A stretch of 64,000 nucleotides of DNA. Source: Rhizophagus irregularis. Taxonomy: Eukaryota. The notes beneath the pieces are model-generated. The model did no database searches and was not told the origin of the DNA. It saw only the letters and a program-made list of their open reading frames with translations. The position numbers were made by a program, and so were the translations under genes. Where the stretch lies: contig NC_089429.1 of NCBI RefSeq assembly GCF_026210795.1, positions 4,154,001-4,218,000 on the forward strand, written 5' to 3'. Positions 51,022 through 64,000 of the stretch are shown here, one piece after another. Numbering within the stretch: the first letter of the stretch is position 1; the number at the start of each line of letters is the position of its first letter.

Positions 51022-52363
51022 TATCTACAAAAAAAAAAAAAATTTTTTTTTATTAAAACTTACTTTAAATTTCTACAAAAAAACAATGAAAAAAACTTAA
51101 AAAATCAAAGGTTCGAAGTGAACCTTGTTGAATTACATCACCAAAGAAGTCAGATTTCTAAAAAAAATGAAAAAAAAGTTGACAAGTTAAAAAAAAAAGA
51201 AACAAATTTTTCTAAAACATTCCTATTCTTAGTAGAATCTTTAAAGATCCAGTATTTTATGGATTCGCATTTTGGTTAAAATAAATCAACTTCTTATATT
51301 AATTGAATGTTTTTTAGCAGATCAATATTTACTTATTAAAATGTTAATTTTCATGAAGGTACAGTTACTTAAAAATCCTATAACAAATCTTAAGGATTTT
51401 TTTGAATTCAGTAGTTTATAGAATTCTTAAAGATTTCCAATAAAAAATCTTTAAGGATTTTATACTAAAAATTAATTTTACTTTTCGCGTAAAATGATCT
51501 ACAAATATGTGTTACAAAACTATTTGTAGATGTCATATGACTTGTTTGATTTCAAAAAAAAATGAAGTTTCTTTTTTTAAAATAAACTTTAATAATATCT
51601 TTTTTTTACCACTTATATATAATTTTCCTTTCTCTTCATATGTTTTTCCTTTTATATGTTCTTTCCTATATATTTTTCTCTTCCCCTTTTCACTTTATGT
51701 ACTTTTTTTTTTTCTTTTTTCCATATTAATAGAATATTTTTTGAGAAATTAACATTTTTTTTTTAATTTAATTTCAAAGCTTTTTTTAAAAATTTTCTAA
51801 CATTTTTCTATATTTTTAGATAGCTTCTTAAGCTCTTTGAACACGACATTTTGGTAGGTATTTTTTTTTTGTTTTTTTTTTATTTATTTTAATGAACATT
51901 ACTAATTCATTTTTTTTTTTTTTGGAATTTTTTTTCTATTTAGAAATGCAGTGAGTAAAAAATTTTTTGTTTGTCTTCTTTTTTTTTTAGATATTTTGTT
52001 GAGTCTCTTAATGTGGATGAAATTGAGTAAGTAAAAAAATTTTTTAATTTTTTATTTTTTTTTATTTTAACAATTATTAATTGGTTTGTTTTATTTTCCT
52101 TAAATTTTTTCAACATGAATATTCAATTAGTAAAATGATTTTATAGTTTTTTTATTTTAACGAATATTATTAAATATTCATTTTATTTCTTTCTTCTTTA
52201 AGCAGTTTCTTAAAATCTTTCTGGATATTGATAGAAATATAAATAGATACTAAAAAAAATTTATTTTTTTTTTTCTTAACAAACATTTTTAATTATTTGT
52301 TTTTTTCTTTTTTTGGGTATTTTTTGAGACTATGAATATGGGAATTTGATAATTAAAAATATA

Positions 52364-53263
52364 CAGAGAGCGATCAATGTTATGCGGACACTTATTTTTA
52401 CCAAAATTATATGGATCATTACATGCTAATGTGATACAAATAATTTATAATTTTGTTCTTATAAACATAATAAACAAATTTCCATGCTTCATATTTTTTT
52501 GGAATTTTTTAGAAATAAGGAATCACCTACTGCATAAATTTATTGATTTTTGTTATGCAGTCCATAAAACTTAAAAATGGCATAACATGGTTAATATTAT
52601 TCCAATAATTATGTATTTACTACTATTCGGATCGTCTCAATGAGATGAGTCCAATAAACTAATAATCATGAAATTCCAATCACTGGATTATAAAGTATCA
52701 TAGGATAATTCTAGGTATTTAAAGCATAAATCACATATCAAATATCCATTCTACAAGCACGAAATTACCATTATTAGAATTGTTTTAGTGAGATGAATCT
52801 ATTGAATCTAAGATCATGAAAATCCAATCACTGGATATTGAAATATTCTTAATACATGACTTAAATTTTTTAAAAAATTAAGAGTTTTGCAATCTTTGTA
52901 AACCCATGTAACTTATGTTTGCTAACCTTACATTGAGCCCCTAATTTTATATAATATTAAATTATTTATATTATATTCACATGCCTTACTAAATTTCTTA
53001 ACAAAAGCATTTGAAAAATATATTAAAAATACGTAAAAGATATTTCTCTGGAATATTATAAGATGTAGATCAATTGCTTATTTTATAGAATTAAAGCTAT
53101 TATTGTGGCAAATAAAAATAGAATTCAATGATAAATTTTTATTTTAATTAATGACTAAAGATGCAATAAATGTACTGTACTTAAATTTTTACTTTCACTT
53201 TATTAATATGTATATAATTTTTTTTACTTTGAAAAATGTCTGCATATCATTGATCGCCCTCTA
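52364..53263. mobile_element. 900-bp non-autonomous Tc1/mariner-like element, ~27-bp TIR, TA TSD
   Basis: CAGAGAGCGATCAATGTTATGCGGACA versus (reverse complement) TAGAGGGCGATCAATGATATGCAGACA; TA on both sides. Confidence 0.8.
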
Positions 53264-55194
53264 TATATACATATATAATTTTTTATTTTAACAAATATCA
53301 TTAACTTTTTGTTTTCTTTTTTTTAGCAATTTCTTTAAGTCTTTCTAGATGTGATGTTATATATAGAATACTGGTAAGTAAAAGAAAAATATTTTTATAT
53401 TTTTTTTATATTAACAGACATTACTAATGAACTGTATTTTTTTTTATTATAATATTATCAAAATATTACATACTACATATAAATCTGCAATTTCAGTATA
53501 GATCATATAACTTATTAATCTGATTTACTGATTGATGATCTTTTTTAAAGCTAACTGAATTATTTAAAAAAATTTATTTCCTTTTTTATAAATCATTTTT
53601 TTTTAAATTGAATATTTTTTTAAAAAATTATTTTCTGAATTTATTTAAAAAGAAACTTTTTTTAACTTGAGTGATTTTTTATCAGTTTTTAAATCAAATA
53701 ATTTTAAAAAAAAATTATATTTTTTTTTTGTACTCAGATTTTAGCATGGAATGGTAAGTTAAAGAATATAGTATATATTTTTTTATTATGAGAATGTTCA
53801 ATACTAATGTTTCTTTTCATTTTTTTTTTTAAAGATGGCAAACTTCAGTCTGAAACTTTGGAATGGTAAATTGAGAGTGGATTTACTTAGCTAAAAATGA
53901 ATATTTTTCTGAAATGCTATTGTAATGATTTTTCAATATTTTTATAATACTTATATAATTGTAATATTATTTTGTAATGAATATCAGTATTTTTAATCAT
54001 TTTGTAATCTATATTATAAAGGATTAGGAAAAATATTTTAAAACCATTAAGATAAAATGAATTTGCAATGTATTTTGTAATATATTTCATAATGATCTAA
54101 AATGAATTATAAAAATATTACAATTTAAAAATTATTTAATGATTTTACAATGCATTTTGTAACGTATTTTATTATATATTAAAAGAATTATAAAAATATT
54201 ACAAATTATTTTATATAAAAAGCATTTTGAAATTATATTTACAATAATTATATAATTATTATTATATTTGCATTAAATTCATTACAAATTATATGAATAA
54301 ATCAATAGAATAACTATTTTTTTTCGGAATTTACCAATTCATATAACTATTAATATTTAAATCACTTGCTAGTGTTGTCCCATCTTCGGAAATAATTTGT
54401 ACACTTGCAGTGATATGATCAAGATTATGCAAATCTATTAATATTGCACTTCGCCATCCAGTTCGTTTATTTCTTCTGGCACTGAAATAAATAGTACGAT
54501 CAATATCTTTTTGTACAAAGTAACAGACTATAATTAAAACTACTTCTGATAAGTAGTTTTTTAATGCAATCCATGATGTTTGATTTTCAAACAAATGATC
54601 TCTTTTGACTTGTTTTAATTGTGGTTCAAAGACTTTGATAATATCATCTTTACTTATAAAGTTTTGAAGATGAGAGGAGTTCGGAAGGTTATTCTGGGTC
54701 ATACTATATGATATAAATAATAAACTACAATTAATTTCTATTACTAATTATAATAAACATTGATCACAAAACAGTTAAATATCTTACGTGTAACGGTCCA
54801 GAAAATCAAATGCTATTTCAGTACATTCGTCATACAATTTTACTCTCCAAGTGGCAAACCATCCGCAACCTTTTTTTTTAACATCGCCAGCATCTATTTT
54901 AGCCCTATAAAAAAAAAATGTGTTAAATTTGTATCAAAATTATGTATAATATTTTGTCTTATAAATGTCTGAAAATGCACCAATTTGTGTTAATAAAAAA
55001 TGCAGAATAATTATGTTAATTTTGTATTAAATCTGTGTTATATTTATGTTATTATTATATATAATAAAATGTGCAATAATTATGTTATTTTTATATTAAA
55101 TCTGCGTTGTATTTATACTATTATTATACATAATGAAATGTGTGATAATTATATCAATTTTATATTGAATCTGTATTTTTATTAAGTATTACTA

Positions 55195-57141
55195 TTAGCT
55201 AACTTGTTGGCTATTCTTTTAGATCGTCTATTAGATTTTTGATTTTCTTGCGTATCCTCGCCTTGATCTGCTTCTTGCATACTCCTTTTGCTATTATTAA
55301 CCTTTCGTCCATATTTACTTTTTTGAATTTCGGAATTATTAGAATTAACTATATCTTGTCTATAAAATTATTATTAGTTAATAAAATTTCTATAAAATTT
55401 ACTATTATATAATCTTTTACATACCGCATTTTTAAAATTCTTCTAGACTTTTTGGTATCCAATTTTTTATTAATGGATCTTGAATCGTCTTTTTATTTTT
55501 AATGGAGAAAATTAATTCAGGTCGGCAATCATACTTTTAAAATATAAAATTATAAAACCTTACCTTTATATTTATTGTTATTAGTATTTGAATTAGTATT
55601 TTTATTATCGTTTACACTATTTGCATCTTCATAATTAGTAGTATCAGTGTCTTCAACATTACCAGCATCTTCACCATTGTTAATATTGGCATCTTCTTCA
55701 GTATCGGCATCTTCATCATTATTAGTATCGGCATCCTCATCATTATTAGTATCAGCATCTTCATCATTATTAGTATCAGAATCTTCATCATTGTTAGTAT
55801 TGGCATCTTCATCATTATTAGTATTGGCATCTTCATTATTGTTAGTATCGGCATCTTCATCATTATTAGTATCGGCATCCTCATCATTGGTAGCATCGGC
55901 ATCTTCTGATACTGAATCTTAATTAAATGGAGATTTAATATATAAATTAATAAATAATAATCAAATAATATATATTATATACATACCATGAATTTTATTA
56001 GATTTATTAGTCTTAGCTACCATCACTTTACTTTTCATAACACGAGAATGCTTAACATTCTTTGTAACTTTTCTTTCTACTTTACCTAAAAATATAAAAT
56101 AAATAAGTAATAAACTTTAAAAAATTATGTTTAATCAACATACGCTGTTGATTAATAGCACGACGCATCATCATTTGAATAGCCCAATCACCAATTGATA
56201 ATGGAAAATCTGGATTATTTGATTTGTACTAAAATAATTTGTTATTACTTAATTGTTATTGTTATGTCAATTATAATATCATTAAACTGATATACCTTTT
56301 CAACCAAATAGCGTTTTTTAGTCATACTTATCTTGCGATATTCTGGAGTATTTCCATTCCATTTTTCTGCTATAAATTCACGCATAGCACTCTAAAATAA
56401 TAATGATAATATTATAACAATGCATCATAGAATATTTGGATATAATTAAATAATATCTTAAACTTACTCTATACGATGCATAAACTTTATTATCAAGTGA
56501 CAATAGCTTTGGCAGATCATACCATTTCAAGTTAGTTGGTTTTGCAATTGGTGTTTTCGTTTTCTTTAAAAAAAATGTTTAGTTTAATATTTGCAATTAT
56601 AAATTAAAAAAAAAAACCTTACTTGAGAAATTGACATATCTTCAATATCACTTTCATTATCATTTATTTTCTTTTTATATTTTTTTAATAATATTTGTTC
56701 ATTATTTGTTTCAAAATCACTAGATATAGTTGTTACTTTATTTGCTTGTTTGTTTTTGCGATGTTTGCGCTTCTTTAATACTTGCTTATAAGTCAACTCA
56801 TCTGTCTCAGAATTTTCTGAAACATTAATAATTTTACGTGTTTTGTTATATTTGTATACTTTTTGATTATTTGAAATATTAGTTTCAGAGTCACTAATCT
56901 CCTTATTTGATTTTTTATGGTTATTAATATGTTTAGCTTTAGAATTTTTACCAATGCTTGCTACAGTTAAAGCTAAAGTTTTACTGGAGTTTTGGTCATT
57001 TTTAAGTCGTTCTTTTCGCAACCGTTCATTATCAGCTTTTAATATTTCTAGTTGACGTTTCATATAAGCCATTTCAGGATCACTTATTTCATCAACAAGT
57101 TTCTTTTTATTTCGTATAGCAGGTTTTTTGTATTTTCCCAT
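55195..57141 (-). CDS. Accessory protein of the CCCTA element (basic/coiled-coil N-terminus, helical FP...DWA domain, acidic 24-bp DTNNDEDA repeats)
   Basis: ORF 56584-57141 plus short GT-AG exons (LKWYDLPKLL | SAMREFI | NPDFPLSIGDWAIQMMM); repeat at 55620-55915; 3' exons may be disrupted. Confidence 0.6.
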
Positions 57142-57212
57142 ATTTTAAAAATAAAAAAAATAAAAGTATTTATTTCAGTTGTTAAGAGATTTTGAAAGAA
57201 AAATAAATATAT

Positions 57213-57440
57213 TTTCGTAAATATATTGTTTGACAAATTTAATATAGTATAAAGTATAAGCTATTTTATAGTTAATATTATACTTTCGTAAATATATTGT
57301 TTGACAAATTTAATATAGTATAAAGTATAAGCTATTTTATAGTTAATATTATACTTTCGTAAATATATTGTTTGACAAATTTAGTATAGTATAAAGTATA
57401 AGCTATTTTATAGTTTGTTTGACAAATTTAGTATAGTATA
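57213..57440. repeat. 71-bp tandem repeat (~3 copies) between divergent genes
   Basis: Units start at 57213, 57284 and 57355. Confidence 0.92.
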
Positions 57441-57651
57441 TGAATTATTACATAATTATAAAATCACATCAAGTTCAAACAAATTCTAATATATGAAATA
57501 CTTGGTTAAAAAAAATATTAATCATATAAATTTTTTTTCAATGTAACTTTAAATTTACAATTCTTTAATATCTTATATAAACCTTTTTTATAAGTTACAA
57601 TTTTAATAATTAATAATTTGAATAAATAGTCCAAAAAAAAGTAGTATTATT

Positions 57652-60600
57652 ATGGAGATATCTGATAATCATACAAATCAAGTTTATTGTCAATGTTCTT
57701 TATGTGCTGAAAATGGTTATGGTGGTGCTTGGGTCAGTAGAAACACTCGTTCTAGACATATGAAAACTGAACGTGCAAATCGGTATCAATATTCAAAGCC
57801 ACTTAATTCAGAATTAACAAGTGATGATGCCAATACTAGTAGTAGTACAGAAACACAAATGTCAATACTAGAAGATAATGAATATAATACTGATAATAGT
57901 ACAGAAATACAAATACCAATAGAAGATTCTTTAAGGTTTTTTAAGTTATATAATTATTATAACTGCAATTTATTTACTTTATTAAATAAAATTTTTATCA
58001 TTTTAGTGGTACTACTTCAGAAAATGATCATGTAATTTATGATTTGGATAATTCTTTTGAAAATTCATCTGATGAATTATTAAGCCATTCAAGTAGTAGT
58101 ATGATGTCTTATGATGAAGTTACAAGTGATTCAAGTTCAGTGACTGATATTTTACAACAAGGTATATTATCAACTTATTTTGACATGTAATAAAACTTTA
58201 TTATCTATTAAATTAATTTATTTATTTATGGATAGAATATGATATTTCTGAAAGTTTATTATCAGCACTAAGATTTCTGAAAGTCAAAATTGAGCACAAT
58301 TTAACAGATGAAGCATTTCAAGAAACTATGATGGCATTTAATAGTAATCCGATCAGTTTACATACAGTTAAAAAGCAATTGAAATCTATTGTTCATATTG
58401 AACCTATTTGGATAGATATGTGTCTTAATTCATGCTGTGCTTATACAGAAAGTTATAGGAAATTAACCAAATGTCCAGTATGTGGATCTGAACGATTTCA
58501 ACATAAAAAACCATGTAAACAATATTCATATTTTTCACTTATTGAACGCCTTACTATTCAATATAGAAATTATGATCGTGCTAAAGAATTACGTTATAGA
58601 ACCAATTATATTTCACAAAAATTATATAAATGTAATATTCAAATAGGTGATGTTTTTGATGGAGATCATTATAAAGAACTGGTACAAAATGGACATTTTC
58701 AGGATGAACGTGATGTAGCATTATTAGCTTCAGTTGATGGTTATCAAATATTTAGACAAAAGTCAGATGATTGCTGGATTTTGTTATTTATTAATGCAAA
58801 CCTTGCTCCAGAAATTCGAGTTAAAAAAGACAACTTTTTAATGGGTGCAATTATACCAGGTCCTAAAGAACCAAAAGATTTCAATTCTTTTCTTGCTCCT
58901 ATTGTTTCGGAATTGCAGGAATTAGAAAGTATGATATTAATTTATATATATTACATATATATATGTAAATATAAGAATAGTTAATTTGTAATTATTTGAT
59001 TTATTTATTAATATTTAACTATTATTTATTAATACTGTAGATGGTATTAGTTGCTATGATGCATTAAAAAAGGAATACTTTATATTGCATGCAGCTGTAA
59101 TCAATTGGTCAGGCGATATTCCAGGATTAACAAAGCTGATGTGTTTAACAGGGCATAACAGTTATCAAGGATGTCGATATTGTAATATAAGAGGAATTTG
59201 GTCAAATCATATTTATTATCCTACCACTCCACCAAATAATTTTGAAAACAATACAACATATGATTTATTTGCATTACCTAATCGAACACATGAAGAGTGG
59301 CAACAAAGGCTTGAAAAAATTCATAAATCAAAGGTTGGAAAAATGCGAGATACTCTTGTTAATAAATATGGTAAAGGAGACTTTAATATTTTCAATTGTT
59401 TAATCTACTTTTTAAGCTAATATAATAATTAATTTTAATATATTTAGGCATTATAAAGCGTAATATTCTATTTAACTTGTCCACAACTCGTTTTCCTGAT
59501 TCATTTCCAATAGATATTATGCATGTATTTTATGAAAATGTTGCCAAATATATGCTTAGTCATTGGATGGGTACTTTTTATACAAATCAAACATTAAATA
59601 ATGAGCCATACGTACTTTCAAAACAAGTTTGGACAAATATTGGAAAAAAATGGATCAGATTCGTAAAACTATACCAACAGCATTAGGAAGACCTCCACGC
59701 AATATAATACTACATCACCATGGATACAAAGCTGAAGAATGGGCAGGATGGATAACAATGTATTCATTGCCATTACTTAAAGATTATTTGCCAACAAAAT
59801 ATTATAAAGGGTGGAGTTTCTTCGTGCAAGCTGTACAGTTATGTCAGAAAAAAGTAATTACAATGGATGAATTAAATAATATTGATACATTATTATTAAA
59901 ATTTTATGTTCATTATGAACGGTAAATATTCTGAAATATATTATTTATAATTTTATGTTATTATTATAATACTAACAAAATATGAATAATTAATTATAGT
60001 GAATATTACAAATTTTCTGCTAACCGTCTTAGTGCTATGAAAATGTGTATACATTATATACTTCATGTAGTTGCAAGTATTAAAAGAAACGGACCATGTT
60101 GTACTACTTGGCAGTTCCCAATTGAACGTGTTTGTGGTATGCTTTTACCACTTGCTAGATCAAGATTACACCCATACAAAAATATCGCAAATAATGTTTA
60201 TATCATAGAACTTTTTAATCATTTGCGATTCTATAAATTAGCTTATCAAAAATTACTTCCAGAAAAAACTATTAAAGAATATCATGGATTAGTATTTACA
60301 ACTGACAGTTATGATGAAGTGTTTTATTCACCTATGCAGCAATACACACTTAAACGGAGTGAAATCAAAAAAATTAAAGAACATTATTCAACATACTATG
60401 ATGTAAGAGCAAGACAGTTACAAGTATGTACAGTAAAAATAAGCAAATAATAGTATTACATTAAACTAATTAATTTATAATTATTTAGTCATTTGATTCA
60501 CAAGGACTAAAATTTAGTCGATTGCTTACAAGAAATGGTTACTATATAGGATCAAATTGGATACGACGAAATGAAACTTGGGCACGTGTTAACTACTCAG

Positions 60601-60973
60601 TATTGGTAAGTAATTACTCAAAAATTGTTGTTATAAATGATGATTAATATTTAACTATTTTATTTTTTAGGTTTACTTGGAAGTTGACATATATTCAAAT
60701 AATCAAAGACGTACACCTGTATTTGAAAAAAGGCCTTTTTATGGTAATATAGAATATTACCTTATGTATGAGTTCAATAATGAGAAATCTATGCTCGCTT
60801 ATATCAATTGGACTGCATCAGTATCAACAGATTCAGTTGGTTTAAAATATTTTACTAAATTTGCAGGTTATGATTTTATAGATGTTATTGCAGTTGAACG
60901 ATGTGTTGGATTTATTAAAGTTGATAATAAATATTATATAGTTGATAAAGAAGCAAATAATACAATTATGTAA
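57652..60973 (+). CDS. CACTA/EnSpm Tnp2-like transposase (multi-exon), one 1-nt frameshift in an A-run at 59644-59650
   Basis: DMCLNSCCAY..CPVCG, DVFDG, SVDGYQ, IPGPKEPKDFNSFL, GDIPG..K..GHN..GCRYC, IDIMH, RPPRNI, KAEEW, WQFPIER. Confidence 0.9.
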
Positions 60974-62837
60974 TAATATAACTCAGTTTTTATATAAAAA
61001 TTACATATTTTTTATACAAGTTGAACAAATTACACATTTTTAACACAGTTTACTAAATCTAATACTATTATAACGTAATATAACTCATTTTTTACAATTA
61101 CATAGAAATTACATATTTTTTACACAAGTTGAACAAATTACACATTTTTAACACAGTTTACTAAATCATTCATTTTTTACAATTACATAGAAATTACATA
61201 TTTTTTACACAAATTGAACAAATTACACATTTTTAATACAGTTTACTAAATCGAACTTTTTTAATAATGTTAAGAATTACATAACTACCACACAAATTGA
61301 GGAATTTTTACACAGAATATACACAAATGTAGACAGAATTAGCCTGTTTGTTACACAAATCATTTTTATAGGGTAGTAATACCAAGATGTTTAGCACATT
61401 CTCTGGCTAGTGCTAAAATTAATTCTGGTGTTGGTTTTCGTATACGAAAAAAGAGAACTTTTGACTCATTAATAAATAGAGTCGCAAGTTGTGTAAGTTG
61501 GGCCTATAAAAAAAAAATTTTGATTATTATTAATTGAAGTTTTCTCATTAATAATTTAAAATCACTTACATTATTATTATTTAAATTTATATTCGTTTGA
61601 TCATGTAAAGTATTATTATTTAGAGAAGATTGTAATACAGTAGATCCTGTAGTTGAACATATACTTGAAGATAATGCTTGCAAAAAAGCATTAAATATTG
61701 GCATTAAATTATTTGTTGAATCTTGATTACTAAGAGAGATTGCTGGTTGGACGGTTGTAGTAGTATCCATTTCATTATTAGCTTCAATTTCATGAATATT
61801 TGTTTGGTTATGACTTGTTAATAAAGATTTTTTAGCAGGTGATGGTATTGCCGATGTAAATAATGGTACAGCTGTCATTGATGTGGCTGATGATACAGTT
61901 GAAGATGCTGTTATAGGAATTTTATAATAAGTAATTGTTTAACTTTTTTTATCTTAAAATTTCTTTAATTTTTTAACTTACTTTTTCATCTAATTTCATA
62001 CGTTTATTTGATAAATAAAAAGGACCATCACTTAAAATATTTACATTATTTATTAATTCATCTAGAGTTTTCTTTTCTGTAAATCAAAATTTTAATTAGT
62101 TACTTACCATATTAGTTTTACCATTACATTATTTACATATAATATATTTATACTTAACATACCTGTTCTCTTTGTTACACTTGATATAAAAATTTCAGGT
62201 CTGTCAGGTATCATATCTTGGCGAAAATTTGTATCCGTTGCATTCAATTTATTATCAGTATCTTCATGGCCATCATTTTCAAATTTATTTTCGTAATCAT
62301 CACGATCATCATAATCAAGTTGTGTAAGTGGTGTAAGCTCTCTTGTAGGATGTATATTAAGTACACTACTTTCAGTAAAAGAATTTTTCATTACTGGTGC
62401 AAGTGGAGGAGTATTTGTGGTATTTTTATTTATTTGACAACTCGTAGTAAGTATATTATCATCAGGAGTTATAGATTCGCTAGATATATTACTATTAGTA
62501 TTAGTAATAGAAGAATTTTTTGTTTGACGTTTTTTAATAGGCATATTGGAAGTTAAAGAAGCATTGTCAGCATTTTTAGTATTTCTAGTTATAGGTCGTC
62601 TTCCAGTAAAACCTTTTTTAATTCCTTTACCACGAGGCATATTTGGTTTTAAAAAAAAGAATTTTTTTTAAGAAAAAGTCAATTATTAGTTTAATTTGAT
62701 GAAGTTAAATACCGATCAATAAATCAATTGTTACACTAATATAGAATTTTATAGTGTATTTAATCATTAGATCTATAAAATTCTCATCTTTTTTTTATCA
62801 AAATTCAAGATTAACGTTAAAATTTAGTTATAGAATA

Positions 62838-64000
62838 ATGTTTTTAAAAAAAATTAGAGCTAATAAAAAACAACATAAAAAATCCAACTTTCGTTTGCGT
62901 AAATCTAGAGATACTCATTCAAATAATAATTCATCTATATCTAATCATACTATCATTTTAGATAAACAACAAAATATTTGTGAAAATAATACTTCATCAC
63001 AATCAAATACGAATAATTTTTATTATAAAATTAATGAAAGTATTAATAATAATCATGATACTAGCAAAAATAATAAAGATTCTTATCACAATTTTAATGA
63101 CTTTAACGAAGATCTTATTGATGATGATTTTACAGAAATTTATGATACTGGTGAAGAATTTAACAATATTGATGAAAATGTAAATGGAAATAGTGATATT
63201 TATGGAGAATTTAATTATATTGACGAAGATTTTACAGAAAATTGTGATACAAATGGGAAATTTAATGGACGAGAATATGATAATAATAAAAAACAAAATT
63301 GTTATTCTGGAGATGCAGGACCATATTTTCCAAATTTTACTATATTTTTATTATTTTTATGGGTTATAAAACATCAAATAGGTATATGTTTTTATCTATA
63401 AAATTACAGTACTACTTTTTATATTTTTATACTAATCATATATATTTTTAAAATTAGGTTTTGAAGCATATAAGGATTTTGCAAATATTGTTAAACATCC
63501 CAAATTTAATGCAAATGATGTTCCATTTTCACTCGCAACTGTTAAAAAGTATCGAAATGGGTTACCTCTCCTTCCATTTAAAGGATATACTGTTTCTCTT
63601 AACAATCATAATACACCATCTACCTCTAAACCTACTACTTAAGCTTTTATTTTTCCCTTAAAAAATATTCTTTGCCATATATTATCAAATCCACAGCTGC
63701 ATGAACATATGTACTTTGGTCCAGGTATATATTGTGAAAACAAACAGGAAATATGGCATGGAGTTCTCTGGCACAAATCTCCATTGTTTGGTACTGAACA
63801 CATTAAATTAAATGAAACAATTTATAATCTTGGTGATTTCATCAAATACTACAATATACATACAATCAATCAATTATGTTATGGTCGAATTATATCAATC
63901 TTACATATTAATGATTCTCATGATATTTGTATTAGAATTGAAAATATTATTGAATATAATTCATTGCCTTTTCAACTCAAATCACAGCAAAGAAGAAATG
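62838..64000 (+). pseudogene. Plavaka-like transposase, 5' part (one in-frame stop)
   Basis: AGPYFPNFT..LLFLW, LPLLP, TPSTS, HMYFGPG..EIWHG.LW..SPLFG, matching the copy at 37885-42087. Confidence 0.8.

Larger units (their letters stand above)
54903..61373. mobile_element. Complete 6471-bp CACTA/EnSpm-like transposon, TIR CCCTATAAAAA, 3-bp TSD TAG
   Basis: TAG at 54900-54902 and 61374-61376; inverted TGTG/ACACA-rich subterminal repeats (54960-55190, 60990-61360). Confidence 0.93.
54331..62640 (-). pseudogene. Plavaka-associated accessory gene split by a 6.5-kb insertion
   Basis: Exons from MPRGKG (62640) to ...NSYMNW* (54331); removing 54903-61373 and one TAG restores KHLGITKIDAGDVKKKGCGWF. 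Confidence 0.8.
53886..64000. mobile_element. Second Plavaka-like element running off the window end; hosts the nested CACTA-like element
   Basis: TTGTAAT-rich subterminal region 53920-54300, then divergent accessory and transposase genes; left terminus approximate. Confidence 0.55.

Noticed and set aside
51030..53880. Poly-T-rich region with many small GT..AG-like segments
   Set aside because: No open spliced frame could be built; treated as degenerate repeat.
1..64000. rRNA, tRNA or prokaryote-type operons
   Set aside because: None recognised by eye; tRNAscan or Infernal would be needed to exclude small RNA genes.

Overview
Very AT-rich, intron-rich eukaryotic DNA. Short GT-AG introns, tyrosine-kinase-like kinase remnants with a 'HPQAIYTSR' tail and SAM/Crinkler-type remnants suggest a Glomeromycotina (Rhizophagus-like) fungus; this is an inference. 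The window is a nested transposon cluster with almost no intact host genes. It holds (1) a truncated CACTA/EnSpm-type element (~9.7-15.7 kb); (2) non-LTR retrotransposon fragments (APE endonuclease; RNase H plus Zn knuckle); (3) a Kolobok-like element whose DDE transposase appears spliced in frame to a RecQ helicase; (4) a Ubp6/USP14 copy with both catalytic residues replaced; (5) an apparently intact Sola3-like element with TTAA TSD inside a LINE; (6) a second CACTA remnant; (7) a ~13 kb Plavaka-like element carrying a Myb/SANT-RS gene and a divergent accessory gene; (8) a Helitron fragment; (9) a complete 6.5 kb CCCTATAAAAA-ended CACTA-like element (TAG TSD) inserted into the accessory gene of a second Plavaka-like element; and (10) at least seven MITEs, most with readable TIRs and TSDs. 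Two unnamed accessory-protein families, each seen twice and placed head-to-head with the transposase wherever it survives, are the main candidate for undescribed biology. Family names come from motif recognition by eye, not from searches.
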